NCBI RefSeq assembly: GCF_001194135.2
Contig: NC_068998.1
Location: forward strand, 32,009,279 to 32,041,667
Direction of reading: 5' to 3'
Length of the DNA stretch: 32,389 bases
Source: Octopus bimaculoides
Taxonomy: Eukaryota
Part shown: positions 10,646 through 22,000 of the stretch, piece after piece
Numbering within the stretch: position 1 is the stretch's first letter
Layout: every line of letters starts with the position of its first letter
Program-made: the position numbers and the translations under genes
Notes under the pieces: model-generated
The model's database searches: none
What the model was told of the DNA's origin: nothing
What the model saw: only the letters and a program-made list of their open reading frames with translations

Positions 10646-11031
10646 TACTGCAAGGATTGAAAGTGAAAGTGACGGAATGTGTAGCAGTGAAGGACAAAAA
10701 GTAGAGAAATGAAATGGCAAGGTGATCATTGTGAATGAAGTTTGTGAGAGAAAAGACAAAGACCAAAGGGACAAAGACGGAAAAAAACCCCAAAAAACCA
10801 TCAATATGTTACCTAGCAACAGATGCTAAGTTGTTTTAGGTAGAAAAATAATCCAAGTCTTTCATTATTCAAAGGGCCATGGTCAACACATTTGTCTATA
10901 ACGAAACAAAATTTCTGAGTAACTCTGAACTGATAAATAATTATAGTGCAAAACTTTTCCCAAATTTTCTTGAAATATCTTATAGCAAAACTTTGTAAAC
11001 GCTTTTAATGAAAGCACTCAAATAGAGCAGT

Positions 11032-11152
11032 AGAGAGAGGGGGAGAGAGAGAGAGAGAGAGAGGAAGAGGAAGAGGAAGAGGAAGAGGAGAGAGAGAGAG
11101 AGAGGAAGAGGAATGAGAGAGAGAGAGAGAGAGGAAGAGGAGGAGGAGAGAG
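11032..11152. repeat. Polypurine (GA)n/(GAGGAA)n tract
   Basis: Direct reading. Confidence 0.9.
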
Positions 11153-12043
11153 ACAGAAATGTATGCAGCAATGAATATAAACTAGTTTTGTGATTGATTG
11201 CAGTGAATAAAAATTAGTTTTTTGATTAGCATGTAGTTGAAATCTTTAGTAATAAAACAATTTGAAAATCTCAATTTGATAAAATATATTAAGATTAAAA
11301 TTTATTACACATTGTAGGTTTTGATAATTCCTTTCTTTTAGTAGAAGATACACAATTGCAGCTAATTTATAAAGAGCTTTATTTATTGCTATAAATTATT
11401 GCTCTTTGAAATGCATTGGTTAAAGATTTCTCAGCTTTAAGATTCTGCTGACTAAAATTTTTGGTTTGTGTTTTTATTAGCAGTGCTATCTCTCACTATT
11501 TTTTAGTTATTCTTTCTTTTGTGCTTCATGAATAGATTTTGATATGGAAGAGATTACATTCACCTTAAGTAAGTCAATGTTTAATTGTAAAATTTTGACA
11601 ATATTGATAGCCAAAATGACTTGTAATTCTTTGAAAAACAGGCCAGTAACAGAGTGGCCCATGGGGAACTGAAGCTGGAGTTAAGTATTGGATCTACTGA
11701 TCATTATGATTCATAGAATGCTTATCAATATCCTAGTACCTTGATAGTAAAATCTCAGTGATGGTTTTTTGCTGACTTAATAAGGAGAAAAATTGTTTAG
11801 TGGTTTCCCATTAAGTATAATGAGATATTTTCATTTGACCAAATAGTTTCTACTAATTTGAAATATAATTTTATGTGTTCATAGACATAATGAATTTTTG
11901 AATTAGTTTTTATTTTTCCTTCTATTGTTTTTTTCACATCTTCCCATATTTTGTTGTTGAAACTCATAAGAACGAAAATAATTAATCACAAAAATGGTCA
12001 TTCATTTCTATATTCTATAATTTTATCATTCAATTTTTCTTAC

Positions 12044-12059
12044 TCCATCAAATGTCTCT
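12044..12059 (-). CDS. Weak candidate micro-exon (16 nt)
   Basis: cttttatctcattttcaccag|AGAGACATTTGATGGA|gtaaga. Splice signals only. Confidence 0.2.
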
Positions 12060-12091
12060 CTGGTGAAAATGAGATAAAAGAATCACATACA

Positions 12092-12122
<31 letters not shown>

Positions 12123-12810
12123 GTACTATATCACATTATATCATTATATTATGTGTGTGTATGCACACATATATATTATATCTATATATATAAATTATAT
12201 ATATATCATATGCACATATCATATATATTTATATATATCATGTATATAAAATACACACACACACATTATCTCTACAATTGTAAAAGCAAAAATGAAATAA
12301 AAACAGATATATAATACTGAAATGAATAACATTTTTAAATGCTTTGAAGATGACCTGTAACATTGAATATATTAAATTCTAGGAATTTACTGTTTCACCA
12401 TTGACAGATAACAGTCAATAAAGAAAATATAATGAATGAAATTAATAAATATTTTATATTAAAATCTTATGCCTAAATAGATGAATAAAGCTTGTAAATA
12501 TGTCTGCTCTTATTACTGCCAAACAGTGAAAGTTTCAGACAATCTCATAGCTCAAATGTTGTTTACAAATAATTGCAGATATTTATTAGACATTGGCATA
12601 TGGTAATTTTGGACATTTTCCAAATCTGACGTCCTGTTAATTACTTTCTCATATATCTCTCTAATTATTGTTTTTGCTAATAACTTTGCATCAACTTATA
12701 CTGTTTAAAGCAAGATCTATCAGATGTGAAAGATATTTGGAGCAAACATTGACATACACATACATGAAGAATCATGAACATGTATATATATATATATATA
12801 TACATACATA

Positions 12811-13505
12811 TATCATCTCATCTAGGTCGTCCCATAGGACACCCCAAGACTGTTTCCACATGTTTTCCCCATTCATCTTGATCTTCCATAATGGTCCTCG
12901 CCGCTTGTAACCCTTTCATACCAGTATCCTCCAGCAAGTAGTCAATATAGGTCATTTTCTTCCTTCCTCTCTTGGTTCTTCCTTCCGTTGGTTGCCAGAG
13001 CACTAGTTTGTTAGTAATTTCATCGGTGTGTCTGATGCAGTGTCCACCTAGCCTCATCCTTCCAAGCTGTATCTTCAATGTTACTTTTGGTAGTCCCTGA
13101 TATAAGTCGGTGTTTGTTGTATGACTCTTACAGGAGACATTGAGTCCATTCTAAGCATCCAACTGCTTCTTCAATGCTCTAGTGAACATCCATGTTTCAG
13201 CTCCGTATAGAAGAACAGACTCCACTATTGCCAGAAACAACCTAATTTTCAATTTCCTTGCTAACTTTGAACTCCATACCTTTATAAATGTATGGCATGT
13301 ACTCCAGGCAAGAGCTTTGTTTGCTATGATGTCTTTTTCAGTACTTTGTGTACATGCACCAAGGAATTTTGTAAATTTTCTACTACCTTCAGTGACTAAC
13401 TGTCTCTCACTTTCACTGACACAGGCATTTCGTGGTTGAATGCTTGCAGCTCTGTTTTGTTTGCCTTACAGTACAATCGTACCTTTCCCAATTCCTGCTC
13501 TAATC
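12811..13505 (-). pseudogene. RTE LINE, post-YADD region to 3' end
   Basis: EQELGKVRLYCKANKTE...FLGA...STEKDI...KALAW...ESVLLYGAETW...RMRLGGHC...RGRKKMTYID...PR*, followed by a gatgagatgat tail. Confidence 0.9.
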
Positions 13506-14257
13506 AAAATGGATTCAGATCAGGATGGTCAACAACATCTCACATTGTTGCACTTAGAAGACTGATAGAGGGAGTTAAGAGCGGTGAGCTGGCAGAATCG
13601 TCAGCATGCCGGGCGAAATGCTTAGCGGTATATTGTCTGCCATTACGTTCTGAGTTCAAATTCTGATGAGGTTGACTTTGCCTTTCATCCTTTTGGGGGT
13701 CAATAAATTAAGTACCAGTTACGCACTGGGGTCGATTTAATCGACTTAATTGCTTTGTCTGTCCTGGTTTGTCTCCTCTATGTTTAGCCCCTTGTGGGCA
13801 ATAAAGAAATAAGAGGGAGTTAAGAGCCATAACACCAAGGCTATCATTATCTATGTCGATTTAAAAAAAAAGCTTTTGATTCAATACTGAAAGGAATGAT
13901 GATGAAGATACTTAAAGCATATGAGATTCCACCAAGAATTCTGAGAGCAATAAGTAAGCTGTATGAGAACACCAGAGTGAAAGTGATCACACCTGATGGA
14001 GAGACGGAATACTTTGGAATCAAAGCTGGAGTATTACAAGGTGACATGCTAGCACCTTATCTCTTCACCATCCTTCTGGACTATGAAATGTGTAGAACGT
14101 TTGAGGGCAAGGATGAAGAACTGGGAGTCAAACTGCATAGGCAAAGAAGTAGACGGCATCAAGCAGTAACAGTAACTGACCTAGACTATGCTGATGACCT
14201 GGCATTACTAACAGAGAGGACAGATCAGGCACAGGAGGTGCTGATCAGATTAAAGCA
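13502..14257 (+). pseudogene. RT core of the same RTE element, inverted and split by a SINE
   Basis: NQNGFRSGWSTTSHIVALRRLIEGVKS[SINE]HNTKAIIIYVD..KAFDS...GVLQGDMLAP...DYADDLALLTERTDQAQEVLIRL. Confidence 0.9.
13583..13811 (+). mobile_element. tRNA-derived SINE, family B, with perfect 16-bp TSD
   Basis: Head ggtgagctggcagaatcg, B box gttctgagttcaaattc, central gactttgcctttcatcctt..ggggtcaataaa. AGAGGGAGTTAAGAGC at 13567-13582 and 13812-13827. Confidence 0.95.
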
Positions 14258-14261
14258 TACA

Positions 14262-14283
14262 TGTGTGTGTGTGTGTGCGCGCG

Positions 14284-14337
<54 letters not shown>

Positions 14338-14352
14338 CGTGCATGTGTGTGT
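14262..14352. repeat. (TG)n with (CG)n inserts (alternating purine-pyrimidine tract)
   Basis: Direct reading. Confidence 0.9.
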
Positions 14353-14745
14353 GTGTATGTACATACACACACACAGATACATACATTGCACACATACACC
14401 TTTATGTGTATGTGTGCATGTATATATACTTGTCATTTGTAGAGACAAACATTCACTTAGTCAGCTCTTTCTGAAAAATTTCCATTTTGCATTTAGTGTG
14501 CAATTTCCGGTTTGAAAATAATCATATTTGTCATCATTGTGATTGCAATGATTATGATACAAATATGCTGATGACAATCCTAATAAAGATGATGACACTC
14601 ATCATCATTACAATAAAAACACTCATCAAGATGCTCATAATCTTCAGTACCCTGCAATAAGTGTTGAGCTATCATAATAAGCAGGCATACTCTTCTCTTC
14701 CTATCAGTCTTGTGTTGTGTATACATGTGTATTTATGTACATACA

Positions 14746-14746
<1 letters not shown>

Positions 14747-14793
<47 letters not shown>

Positions 14794-14808
14794 CATCTAT
14801 CTATCTAT
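14747..14808. repeat. (ATCT)n tetranucleotide repeat
   Basis: Direct reading. Confidence 0.95.
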
Positions 14809-15126
14809 CACAAACAAACACACACATATACATGCACATATATGTATGCACACACACACACACACACACAAGCATATAATTATACAGATATACACATCAA
14901 TATAGATAGATGCATCCATATATATATATATATATATATATATAACTTAATATATGTTGTCTATTGACTTTTTATACATGCTAGGCCACTGGTAGTGAAA
15001 TTTCTAAAAAATCTCGCTACCCTATATTTTACGCATATATATAACTTAGACTGTTTTCAGCCATTATCATCCCAGGCCATGAGTAACTCAATAGCAACAC
15101 CTATAAAAGTCTTTTAATTAATTATT

Positions 15127-16149
15127 TCAGGACACTATGGACCTCTCAAGCAGAGAGTTGTTGTTGGCTGAGACGTATCCAGGTGTAGTTAGTTTGTTTG
15201 GTATTTCCTGGAGGAATTTGTCCAGGTAACATTTGTAAGTTATGGGGTCTTTTTCTACTTTAATTTCTTTTGGGTTAACATTGAAAAGAGCAGGACCATT
15301 TGCAGTGAAGAAATTGTGCTGCAATATTCTTATGTCATGCGATCTCAACCTTTGTAGTGGATGCATTGCATGGGGACATAGTCTTGGGTGAATTGTAAAC
15401 ATAATATCGATATCATTTGGATATTATTGGTGGAATATTTTCCACATGGTGCAAATAATGTATTGCTCATGGCAGTGTTGCGGAAAATAGAGTTTCAGAT
15501 GTTTAAGTCAAGCCCAATAATCAAGTCTCATCATGCCTTTTATTTTTTAGTGATTGATCTTTGTGGTGCTTCGATCCTCATTATGTCTTGCTTTTTGTAG
15601 GGGACCACAATGTGCAGCAGTATTCAAGCCTAGTAAATGTGGAGGAGAGAAGAATGATGGTTTCAGGATCCCTAGATTGAAAAGTTCTGATGATCCATGA
15701 GCACATTCTGCAGGCAACATCAACTTCTTTGTTGATGTGCACACTCCAGCTAAGGTTTCTGTTGACAGGTATACCTAAGTCTCTGATATTATCTGATGGT
15801 TCAAGTAAGTCTCCCGACGGTAGTGTGTATAGTTGTTTGAGCGTGCCCTCTTTTCCATAGTGGATGAGTTCAAACTTTTCCTCGCTCGGCTGCATATTGT
15901 TTTTTTGTGCCCACTGGGTTACTATGCATAGGTTTGATTGAAGCATCATTCGATCATATGCTCCTTTAATGACTTTCTGAAGCTTAGAGTCATTTGCAAA
16001 TATTGTAATGGTGCTATGTTCAATGGAATCTGCAATGTCATTGATATAAACAATAAAAAGAAGTGGACCCAGCACAATACCCTGCAGGACTTCACTGATG
16101 ACTTTTGCTGGTCTTGAGGGAATGCCATCAACCACAACATACTGGGTCC

Positions 16150-16150
<1 letters not shown>
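15127..16150 (-). pseudogene. CR1-group LINE, RT motif 4 to C-terminus
   Basis: VLQGIVLGPLLFIVYIND, IFANDSKL (FADD variant), RDLGI, LSWSVHI, RLEYCCTLWSP, GPALFN, LDKFL, NNNSL in ORFs 15581-16195 and 15127-15402. Confidence 0.9.
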
Positions 16151-16200
<50 letters not shown>

Positions 16201-16330
16201 NNNNNNNNNNNNNNNNNNNNNNNNNNNNNNNNNNNNNNNNNNNNNNNNNNNNNNNNNNNNNNNNNNNNNNNNNNNNNNNNNNNNNNNNNNNNNNNNNNNN
16301 NNNNNNNNNNNNNNNNNNNNNNNNNNNNNN

Positions 16331-16371
<41 letters not shown>
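16151..16371. repeat. (TA)n/(CA)n tracts around an assembly gap (N 16201-16330)
   Basis: Direct reading. Confidence 0.95.
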
Positions 16372-16374
<3 letters not shown>

Positions 16375-16378
16375 GAAT

Positions 16379-16468
16379 AAAATAGAGTCAAGAAAGAGTA
16401 CAGTTAGACAGCCATTTAATAAGCACTATGCATGTATCAAAATGTGTACTCTTTCTTGACTCTATTTT
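16379..16468. repeat. Perfect 24-bp inverted repeat, 42-nt spacer
   Basis: aaaatagagtcaagaaagagtaca (16379-16402) / tgtactctttcttgactctatttt (16445-16468). Confidence 0.95.
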
Positions 16469-16599
16469 TCACACACGATGAATACATAAACCTAGACTTG
16501 GAAGTATACTGTAATACTACCGGCAATTTGGTAATTCTAAGGGTGAACGAGCTCTATTTTGTACTCTACTACGTTCCTAATGGAATACACGTTATATAT

Positions 16600-16980
16600 G
16601 TGTTGGCACCCCATCGCTTACGACGTCAAGGGTTCCAGTTGATCCGATCAATGGAACAGCCTACTCGTGAAATTAACGTGCAAGTGGTTGAGCACTCCAC
16701 AGACATGTGTACCCTTTACGTAGTTCTTGGGGATATTCAGCATGACACAGTGTGACAAGGCTGACCCTTTGAATTACAGGCACAACAGAAACAGGAAGTA
16801 AGAGTGAGAGAAAGTTGTGGTGAAAGAGTACAGCAGGGTTCGCCACCATCCCCTGCCGGAGCCTTGTGGAGCTTTAGCTGTTTTCGCTCAATAAACACTC
16901 ACAATACCCGGTCTGGGAATCGAAACCGCGATCCTATGACCGCGAGTCCACTGCGCTAACCACTGGGCCATTGCACCTCC
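16600..16980 (-). mobile_element. Full-length tRNA(Arg)-like SINE, family C, with 13-bp TSD
   Basis: A box TGGCCCAGTGG (16970-16960), B box GGTTTCGATTCC (16927-16916). ACACGTTATATAT at 16587-16599 and 16981-16993. Confidence 0.92.
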
Positions 16981-17429
16981 ACACGTTATATATATATACA
17001 CACACACATATACATACATGTATCTGCGCGCAAACAAGCAAATTTTCAACAATACAGAAAGCTACTATAACAAGGCACTTAGTAGAAGTGGATACTCTGA
17101 AAAAAATCTCTTATATACCAAGTACAACACCCAAAACTACACTGTAGTGCATTAGATTTGATCTTGCCTTTATGTATTATCCGTTGAGTTAAAAATCATC
17201 AAACCCACACGCCCAAAGATGATTTTAACTCAACAAAGATTATATAAAGGTAAGATTAATTCTAAAGCACCACATTCTGATGATGGCTTAGCTGGATGAA
17301 ACTCCAAACTTCCTGTCAACAACATTCTTCCTTAAGAATAATAAATTTGTACCCTACAAAAGTGTAGAGTCACCCATTAGATTAATGTAAAATTGTTTTT
17401 ATTATAACTGGTCATAAGAATAAACATTA

Positions 17430-17464
<35 letters not shown>

Positions 17465-17492
17465 TGTATGTATGCATGTATATGCATGTACT

Positions 17493-17850
17493 GCATAGCT
17501 GTGCAGTAAGAAAATTGCTTCCCAACCACATGGTTCTGAGTTCAATAGCCACCTTGTGCATGTGTCTTCTGCTATAGCCCCAAGCTGTCAAGGGCTTTGT
17601 GAGTGGGTTTGGTAGACAGAAATTAAAAGAAGCCTGTCTCAGTTATGTGTGTGTGTGTGACTGTCATAGTTATGCAAGCACTGCCCTTCAGTTCAAATCT
17701 TCTGTGAAAACATGTCTAACTATGGGTATATATTTTTTTTACTTGGAAGCAGGTGAGGGTTGGTGACAAGAAGGGCATTTGACTGTAGAAAATCTAATTG
17801 AATAAACTCTAACCCAACAAGCATGGAAAACTGGATGTCAAAATGATGAT
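17493..17850 (+). mobile_element. SINE with family A head and core but an RTE-type 3' tail
   Basis: Head and core as 5343-5500 (gctgtgcagtaag, ggttctgagttcaa, ccttgtgcatgtgtcttc, gtgagtgggtttggtagac). The tail ggttggtgacaagaagggcat...aacccaacaagcatggaa...aaatgatgat is like 30724-30860. Confidence 0.75.
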
Positions 17851-18350
17851 CATTGTACATCAGTTTTAGCAGAGAGCAGTTTACTGAATGGATTGGTGTG
17901 AAGTCACTAATCAATACACTTCAGTATCTGGCCCATAGATGTGCTGTCTTCTTTGTTTGCATTTTTGACCACTACTACAGTGGTCTCTGTTCTTCAGAGC
18001 TGGCTAGTTGTTCCAATGTTGCCTCCATTTAGTCACTTGCATCTTATTTATCTCTCTTCTCATCATGTATATTGTTTCCACTCACCCAGGCTCTTGTGCT
18101 AACTACTATCCCTAGTCCTTTCTTACTATAACATTAGCCCATTGGAACGATAAAATCCTCTACCTGCACATGATATTCATGTAGCTGCCATCTTGCAAAT
18201 TTTGAAGAACAATGCTTTGTCAATTTCACATTTAAGCAAAATTTGCAAAGCCATAGTCATATACCCTTTCCCCAGATGAATCCACTTAAAAATACTATTG
18301 AGTGATTGTTTTCTTCCTTGTAGTTCTCAGAAAATAAGTTCATTATTTAC

Positions 18351-18378
18351 CTTGATAAATCTTCAATAGTGGGTGTAA
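18351..18378 (-). CDS. Candidate micro-exon (28 nt)
   Basis: ccaaattttcttctag|TTACACCCACTATTGAAGATTTATCAAG|gtaaat. Open as LHPLLKIYQ (phase 0 to 1) or xTPTIEDLS (phase 1 to 2). Confidence 0.4.
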
Positions 18379-18789
18379 CTAGAAGAAAATTTGGTCCTCA
18401 CAGATATCATTGGATCAATGGTACTGCTAATCCGTGATGGATATCATTCTTCAGGGAACAGGGAGGAATTAACTCAATCTTTTCATGATAGAGCAACCAA
18501 ACAAAGTTAAACAGTGACTGAGATCCCATTCTCTATATTTCAATAAGGTTAGTGATCTGTTGTTTGGATATATCTGACAACTTCTAAGAGTGAGTTGAAA
18601 TTTTATTATATGCTTTGGCATAGTTTCTCTTCAGTTCATTATCTCGTGAGAAGAGAAAATTGAATGTTTTCTATTTGTCTGTGCATAATTAGCTCGATTA
18701 GTTGGTTGAGGTAGATGACATTTCTCACTTGCAGTCATGTTTATATTATAGTGGAAGACAATTTCTACTTTTATACCACTCGGAAGCTT

Positions 18790-18920
18790 AATGTGAGCTC
18801 AAATCAACTACAGTTTTTCCCTGGTATTTTTTTTATTGATTCCTGTTGAAATTCAAGGTCAGCCTTGGAAGAATTTGAATTCAGAGCTTACAGGGATGTA
18901 ACTAAACATTACAAAACATT
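18790..18920 (-). mobile_element. Degenerate family B SINE fragment
   Basis: Reverse complement reads ctctgaattcaaattcttccaaggctgaccttg...tcaataaaaaaataccag. Confidence 0.55.
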
Positions 18921-21006
18921 TTGTTGATATTCAACTTATTATGTTATGTTTCACATTAATAATAAAGTATAATTAGTTATTTATCAGTACAAGAGCTCAC
19001 ATCCAATTAGAACACTTATTTAGATCATTGAGGGTCTCTGAACTGAGTTTCAACACTGGTACAACTTCTTGTTACTTTCTCCAAGATCAATTCCAAATGA
19101 TTAGTAAGTTCAAAGTGATTAACATGACACAGATGAATTCTGTCATGTAAGTTATTGAAGAATGCATGTTATTTGGTGTCCCATTGCAGATTTTCAGAAG
19201 TGAGCTGTGTCTAACACCTGGTATTTCCTTAGAGCTTGGCAGATAGAGACATTTAACAATAAAGCTTTAGTAAAGGATAAATGTGTGATGTTGGTGATAT
19301 AATATAGACACTTTTGTCTTTGGTCTGTAAATTGATCTAATTCAGTCACCATCAGAACTCTTTCAACTGGTGAAAATGCTGAAGCACCAAACAAAATAAA
19401 AGACTTTTTATATCCTATTCGGTTTAGTCTGTGACTATTCAAATCTTCTCTGGTTGATTTTATCTTTCATCCATCCAGGGCCTATAAAATTACTACCAAG
19501 TATTATTCTAAGCTGAATTCCTTTCAGCCAAGTTTATCCAAATTCTGACTTTATGTTCAGTGTAATAAATCAATATTTTTCTGGAATAAAAGGTGTGGAT
19601 TTGGCTCAGTTTGTTGTTGGGTAAACTAGAACTGGCATAGTGCCTAAATAAGAAATCAATATTATTTCAAATGACATGAAAAACAAAATAGCTGGATTGA
19701 ATTTCTTACTCAATATCAAGATGTCATTTGGATTCAAGCTTTTGCAAACTTTCAGCAGAACTTTGACAAACTTCACTAACAATTGGTTGAAGATTGATAC
19801 TTTGAGATTTTCCAGGTAATTCTTTAGTATTCTTTTATTAGAGTAACCACATTTATTCTATCTATACAACTTTTTTTCTTTTTTTAGTTTATCATTCATA
19901 TTTTAAATGTCTGCATAGGTGTGGCAACATAGTTTGTATGAAATTTGGAAATTTGCTTATTATTGAAGCTATTAGCACTTATTTAATTAATTAATCTTAC
20001 TGAAGAAAAGCAAAATTATGTTTTCGTACGAAAAAGCACAATAAAATGACTGCAGTAATCCATTCAATAATGTCATGGATTCAATACATTAAAAACTTTC
20101 ACTGGCACAATAAAAAAATTGTAATTGAAGATGTTAATGCATTTCTAAAGGCACTTCGTGCCAATTAAAATGAATTGATCACAATCTGGAACTAAAATTG
20201 GCTGTCACTCCAGCTCAGTGATAACATATCAAAGAATTATACTTCAGCTCTTCTGGTTTGAAATTTAAGACTTCACTTTGGTCATCTTGTTGCAGAGCTC
20301 ACTCACCACCTACACAAATAAAATTTGAACCAAATTAGTACCAAATTAATACTCAGTCGAATTTAATCAGTAATTCCTCTCCCTCATAAATTTGAGGCAG
20401 TGAACCATTTTTAGAAATCAGTATTATTTAATCACAACAAATACTCACTCGTATTTGAAAAATTAATCATGTTTGATCATTGTATCAGTCAGTCACACGA
20501 ATTTAGCTTTACCACAAACATGCTACAAATATTTTTTTTACATCAATTGTTGTTTGTTTTCTGTTTCAGGTTACACAGATTGTCATCTATCCTGACTTGA
20601 GGATTTTGTATTGAAATACACAGATATTGCTTTTCTATAAATACAAAGTCTGGGCACAATCATAGTAAATAGCCTTAGATACCTCTGTTTTAATAATTCT
20701 TCAGATTACATTTGATAGAAATTTCCATTGACACTTGGTCACAGAAATAAATGTATTTGTTTATAAATGCTGCTATCAAAAGTATCATGCTGCTTAAAGA
20801 GTGAATCCTTTCAACATGCTAAAAATGTTATGATAGGTTTGTTGAGAAAAGATAATAATCGTAACAGTGGAGGTAAGGTATAAGTTTAATTGTATTTAGA
20901 GAATTTAGTTACCTTACATTTATGATCTCAATTCAAATTATGTAGTTGTGTTTTGCCTTTTATCTTTGAGCATTCAATAAAATCTAGATCAATATTATAC
21001 TTGAGT

Positions 21007-21183
21007 CGAGGGCAGCAAGCTGGCAAAATCGTTAGCATGCTGGGAAAAATCCTTTCTGAGTTCAAATTCTGCTGAGACCAACTTTGCTTTTCATCCTTTC
21101 AGAGTCAGTAAAATAAGTACCAGTTGCTGTAATCGACTATGCCCCCTCCTCCAAAATTTCTAGCTTTGTGCCAAAATTTGAAA
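21007..21183 (+). mobile_element. Family B SINE
   Basis: gcaagctggcaaaatcgttagcatg, ttctgagttcaaattc, aactttgcttttcatcctttc. Candidate TSD caatattat(ac)ttgagt at 20990-21006 and 21184-21197. Confidence 0.85.
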
Positions 21184-21714
21184 CAATATTATTGAGTTAC
21201 TTTTATTAACAAATTTTCTATAAAAATTAACTTTGTGATTAGTAAAATGGCCATTATAAAAAATGCAGAAAATACAAATGAAGCATGGGGGTTTTATTTT
21301 CTCTCCCTTATATTAAAGTGCTGTTAATATATTGTACAAAATTTCAATTAATTTCTATAAATAATTTGTCAGTGTTTGATGGAAGATAAATACTAATTAG
21401 GACATTTTTATCATGAAAACTAATCTACCATCTCTCAAAGATAGATAATTAGTTTGTAATTTATGAACATTGTAAGATTATAAAGTTAATAAATATCATA
21501 AGTTGTAATCTTAATAAAACTTTACACATGCTTATAGACTGAAATAATTGAGTAGCAGATGTTAAAGATGCAGTCAAGATATTGTTAAGAACAGAAACTT
21601 TATAAATTCATCAAGTTAAATAAGTATTTACTAATTTTAGGCTGATAGTTGGGAAACAAAATTTCACTTCTAAGTCTTGTAACAAAATAGGCTGATGTGA
21701 ATACTGGAAGATGT

Positions 21715-22000
21715 TATGATAATAATGATCATTGTCATCCTCATCATGATTGTCATGCACATCATATGATAGCTATTTTTATAACTGTCACAATTAAACC
21801 TTCTGAAATCATGAGTAATAACATTATCAAGAACAAGATGATCCTCATGAACACTGCCATCAAAATAATTGTAATCATCATGATTGTCAATGTTATCATT
21901 GTCATCATCACTAATGTGATGATCACCATGATTTCTGTAATAATCATCATGATAGTGATTGTGCTCATAGTTATCTTCACGATCTTCCTTATTATTAATA
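21715..22000. repeat. Decayed ATC/ATT low-complexity tract
   Basis: Cryptic trinucleotide periodicity giving Ile/Met-rich ORFs on both strands. Confidence 0.75.

Noticed and set aside
10813-10895. 83-nt minus-strand exon candidate
   Set aside because: Two frames stop early and the third ends in TAG at the donor, so it is not a credible internal coding exon.
10512-11171. Ser/Leu-rich ORFs resembling membrane proteins
   Set aside because: Translations of (GA)n/(TC)n tracts.
14245-14967. CV-, HT-, YI- and LSIY-repeat ORFs (similar ones at 16098-16391, 23968-24424, 31818-32158)
   Set aside because: Microsatellite translations. Some run through N gaps.
16908-16980. tRNA-Arg-like sequence
   Set aside because: It continues into a 300-bp SINE body, is flanked by a 13-bp TSD and lacks a complete acceptor stem. 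It is a SINE head, not a tRNA gene.
17900-18600. Possible ancient LINE remnant (GLGIVVS-like peptide on the minus strand)
   Set aside because: Only an isolated short resemblance, with no ordered motifs.
20307-20309. 3-nt micro-exon (gtag|GTG|gtgagt) on the minus strand
   Set aside because: Cannot be distinguished from chance without reads.
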